Assembly: GCA_050246915.1 (NCBI GenBank)
Contig: JBFWVD010000044.1
Location: forward strand, 1 to 45,421
DNA length: 45,421 bases
Direction: 5' to 3'
From: Acidimicrobiia bacterium
GTDB lineage: Bacteria; Actinomycetota; Acidimicrobiia; Acidimicrobiales; Ilumatobacteraceae
Position numbers and translations under genes: made by a program. Of the stretch, positions 42,830-45,421 are shown piece after piece. Each line of letters opens with the position of its first letter. The stretch's first letter is position 1. The notes under the pieces were generated by a model. The model was not told the origin of the DNA, searched no databases, and worked only from the letters and a program-made list of their open reading frames with translations.

Positions 42830-44274
42830 TGCTCGTCATTCCATTCGGCGACGTCGCTGGGCTGAGTGTCAACTGCAATTGCGCTCGGTCGCGCATCGAT
42901 GACCGTGAGATCGCCGGCGACCTCTTCACGATGAGCTGCCTTGCGAGCCGCTTCGCGCTTCACGCGACGGGGAATGCGCGTCGGTGGTTCTGCCACTTCG
43001 CAACGCCGCACCGCGCTGTCGTGGCTGATGCGCATCAAGATGGCGATCAGCACGTAGTTGGCCAGCAAGCTGCTGCCGCCGTAGCTCACGAACGGCAGGG
43101 TGACACCAGTGAGCGGCACCAGGCGCACAACACCGCCGATGATCACGAACGCCTGAACCCCCAAGATGGTGGTGAGGCCGGTGGCGAGCAGTTTGTCGAA
43201 GGTCCGCTCGGTGGCCAGCGCGATGCGCAGGCCAGCGCCGATCATGAGGATGTAGCTGATGAGGACGGCGGTGGCACCGACGAGGCCGAGCTCCTCGCCG
43301 ATCGCAGCAAGGATGAAATCGGTCTGCACTGCCGGTACGCGGGTCGGGTCACCGAGGCCGATGCCGGTTCCGGTCACGCCGCCCCATGCAAATGCGAACG
43401 AGCTCTGCACCAACTGGTAGCCCTTGCCCTGCACGCGGCTCCACGGATCGAGCCACGTGGCCACCCGGGTGCGCACGTGTTGGAACGATTGATATGCGCC
43501 ATACGCGCCGATGCCGAACAGCCCGGCGCCGATGACGAGGAAGCGGCCCTTCTCGGTGGCCACCCACAACATCACGACGAACAGCGTGAAGAACAGCAGT
43601 GACGAGCCGAGGTCCTTTTCGAAGATCATCACCATCAACGACGCACCCCACGCGACCAACACCGGTCCCAAGTCGCGCGGCTCGGGCAGCGAGAGTCGAC
43701 CGATGCGCAATGTGCCGGCAGCGATGACCTCGCGGCGATCGGTGAGGTACGCAGCGAGGAACAGGGCCAGGCAGATCTTGGCCACCTCGCCGGGTTGGAA
43801 GGTGATGGTGCCGACGCGGATCCACAGTCGGGCGTCGTTGGGAGCAAAACCCAGACCCGGGACGATCGGCAACAGCAGCAGCCCGATGCCGGCGAGTGCG
43901 AAGGTCCACTGATAGCGCTGCAGATCACGCACCCTGCGCAGCGCCAGCAGTGTGATGGCGAACGCGGCGACGCCCAGCGCGGTCCAGGTCGCCTGCAGGC
44001 CGGCGAGATCGTCGTTGATGCGAGCGATGAACACGTAGCCGACGCCATTGAGCAACGCCGCAAGTGGCAGCAACACCGAGTCGGCACCGGGCACCATGAC
44101 GCGGGCCACCAGATGCGGCACGAGCAACAACCCGAGCATGATCACCGAGAACGGGATGATGTTGGTCGGTAGCGCCGATGTCTGGCCGAGCTCGCCCAAC
44201 ACGTAGGCGGCGACCGTGACCAACCCGGCCATCACGATGAGGCCGAGCTCGGTGTTACGGCGAGGTGCGGCCAT
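42826..44274 (-). CDS. rodA: SEDS-family peptidoglycan glycosyltransferase (RodA/FtsW)
   Basis: 10-TM FtsW/RodA/SpoVE fold, conserved periplasmic loop. ATGA overlap with pbpA, so translationally coupled. Confidence 0.85.
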   Translation of the reverse strand: MAAPRRNTELGLIVMAGLVTVAAYVLGELGQTSALPTNIIPFSVIMLGLLLVPHLVARVMVPGADSVLLPLAALLNGVGYVFIARINDDLAGLQATWTALGVAAFAITLLALRRVRDLQRYQWTFALAGIGLLLLPIVPGLGFAPNDARLWIRVGTITFQPGEVAKICLALFLAAYLTDRREVIAAGTLRIGRLSLPEPRDLGPVLVAWGASLMVMIFEKDLGSSLLFFTLFVVMLWVATEKGRFLVIGAGLFGIGAYGAYQSFQHVRTRVATWLDPWSRVQGKGYQLVQSSFAFAWGGVTGTGIGLGDPTRVPAVQTDFILAAIGEELGLVGATAVLISYILMIGAGLRIALATERTFDKLLATGLTTILGVQAFVIIGGVVRLVPLTGVTLPFVSYGGSSLLANYVLIAILMRISHDSAVRRCEVAEPPTRIPRRVKREAARKAAHREEVAGDLTVIDARPSAIAVDTQPSDVAEWNDEQ

Positions 44275-45421
44275 CAGGGAACGGATGCGGCCGTGGTCGG
44301 CGCAGTTGCCGGCGCGACCGTGGTGGGAGTGGCCGCCGGCGCAACGATGGTGGCGCTGGCGGGCACCGTCGTGCCGAGCGGTGTCGCGCCGGGAAGGGTC
44401 GTCGCGGTGACGTCGATGGTGGTCGATGTGCCGGCGATGGTGGTGGGACCCGATGGGCTGTCCTGCTCGACCTTCTCGGCCACCTTGCGAGCCACGTAGG
44501 TGCGAGCCTCTTCGAGCGATCCGAAATGGCGGCCGGACACGATGCGTTCCCGATCGGCTTCGGGGAACTGGATGAGCGTGTACGAGGTCTTCTCCTCGAG
44601 CGTCGGGTCGAACCAGAGCAGCCCGCCGGGTCGACCCTTCTGCACCACGACGTCGTCACCGACCGTGGTGACGGTGTACCCGGATCGGGCGTAGAGAGCG
44701 ATGGCCGAGAACCCCACCGCTGCAGTGATGGCGAGGAGACCGACGAACGCGAACGTGCGCCAGGTGGAGGTGCGCGGGCGCAACGGTCGATCGGGATCGC
44801 CAACGACAACGTGCACCGGTTGCCCCGGTCCGTCGCTGCCGTCATCGCTGGTGAACGCCTGCTCGTCACCGAGCCAGTTGCCGACCGTGGGGTCGACCTC
44901 TCCGACGCTTCCGCTCGCCGCGGCTGTGCCCACAGCCGATGCAACATTGGTTGACGTGAGGTCGCCCGCATCCGTCGCCGCGCCAGCAGGGGGCGCGAAC
45001 GGGACGGGCGCGGGATGATCGCCGTTGGTCAGCCAGCCGCCGAGCTCGGGCTCGAGGTGTGACACCACCAGTGGATCGTCGGCCATCACATCGACGACGA
45101 GCACGGTCACGTTGTCGCGAGCGCCAGAGACGAGGGCCCGTTCGAGGAGCTCGTCGGCACAGGCCTGTGGGTCGGACACGGTGCGCAGGACGCTGGCGAT
45201 CTCTTCGTCGTCGATCTCACCGGTGAGTCCGTCGGAGCACAGCAGATAGCGATCGCCGGCGAATGGGGTGACTTCCCAGGTGTCGACCACGACGTCGGGC
45301 TCGATGCCGAGCACGCGGGTCACGATGTGTCGCCGGGGATGATGACGGGCCTCTTCGTGGGTGATCTCGCCCGCCGCCACCAGATCTTCCACGAACGAGT
45401 GATCACGGGTGATCTGCAGGA
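44274..45421 (-). CDS. pstP: PP2C-family Ser/Thr phosphatase PstP (partial; N-terminal catalytic part lies beyond the window end)
   Basis: The C-terminal end of a PP2C domain (…LQITRDHSFVEDLVAAGEIT…GARDNVTVLVVDV) runs open to the window edge. Followed by TM helix and a Thr/Pro-rich extracellular tail. The stop overlaps the rodA start by 1 nt. Confidence 0.8.
   Translation of the reverse strand, partial: LQITRDHSFVEDLVAAGEITHEEARHHPRRHIVTRVLGIEPDVVVDTWEVTPFAGDRYLLCSDGLTGEIDDEEIASVLRTVSDPQACADELLERALVSGARDNVTVLVVDVMADDPLVVSHLEPELGGWLTNGDHPAPVPFAPPAGAATDAGDLTSTNVASAVGTAAASGSVGEVDPTVGNWLGDEQAFTSDDGSDGPGQPVHVVVGDPDRPLRPRTSTWRTFAFVGLLAITAAVGFSAIALYARSGYTVTTVGDDVVVQKGRPGGLLWFDPTLEEKTSYTLIQFPEADRERIVSGRHFGSLEEARTYVARKVAEKVEQDSPSGPTTIAGTSTTIDVTATTLPGATPLGTTVPASATIVAPAATPTTVAPATAPTTAASVP

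Noticed and set aside
40803-42865. + strand ORFs of 248 and 375 aa
   Set aside because: They are antisense to pknB and pbpA.

Overview
High-GC (~70%) chromosomal segment, almost certainly from an actinobacterium. Its 3' end (38.1-45.4 kb, minus strand) carries the conserved actinobacterial cell-division and cell-wall cluster crgA / pabA(trpG) / pknB / pbpA / rodA / pstP(partial); pknA is absent. The lineage call rests on this gene order and on codon bias. The rest of the window is mostly lipid and small-molecule metabolism and envelope functions. Named products include an MFS transporter, an omega-amidase-like nitrilase plus a class-I aminotransferase, an aldo/keto reductase followed by two translationally coupled acyl-CoA dehydrogenases, and a FadD-type acyl-CoA ligase. 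Further products are a TesB-like thioesterase, a HAD hydrolase, QueF, a hemolysin-III/PAQR protein and a 673-aa flotillin/SPFH protein. The most unusual content is as follows. (1) A tRNA-Lys(UUU)-adjacent segment encodes secreted repeat proteins: a CE4 polysaccharide deacetylase with a perfect 387-bp internal duplication, and a 719-aa protein that is a complete type IV pilin fused to nine beta-sandwich repeats built from a 462-bp higher-order DNA repeat. (2) A translationally coupled MacB-type ABC exporter operon is flanked by two paralogous membrane-fusion proteins (MFPs) that carry inserted peptidoglycan-binding domains, plus a Cys-motif lipoprotein. (3) A single-chain tandem GntR-FCD regulator lies divergent from an orphan form-II CoxL-like molybdoenzyme. 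(4) A fused double HTH-WYL (PafBC-like) regulator sits next to queF. (5) A DUF1800/DUF1501 (Tat-signal) pair in which DUF1501 carries a six-repeat propeller-like C-terminal extension. (6) An AT-rich palindrome cluster downstream of crgA includes a perfect inverted pair of TTATCCACA DnaA-box-like 9-mers. There are several intergenic tandem repeats. I saw no CRISPR array, rRNA, integrase or transposase. Many long ORFs in the six-frame track are antisense artefacts of high GC content.
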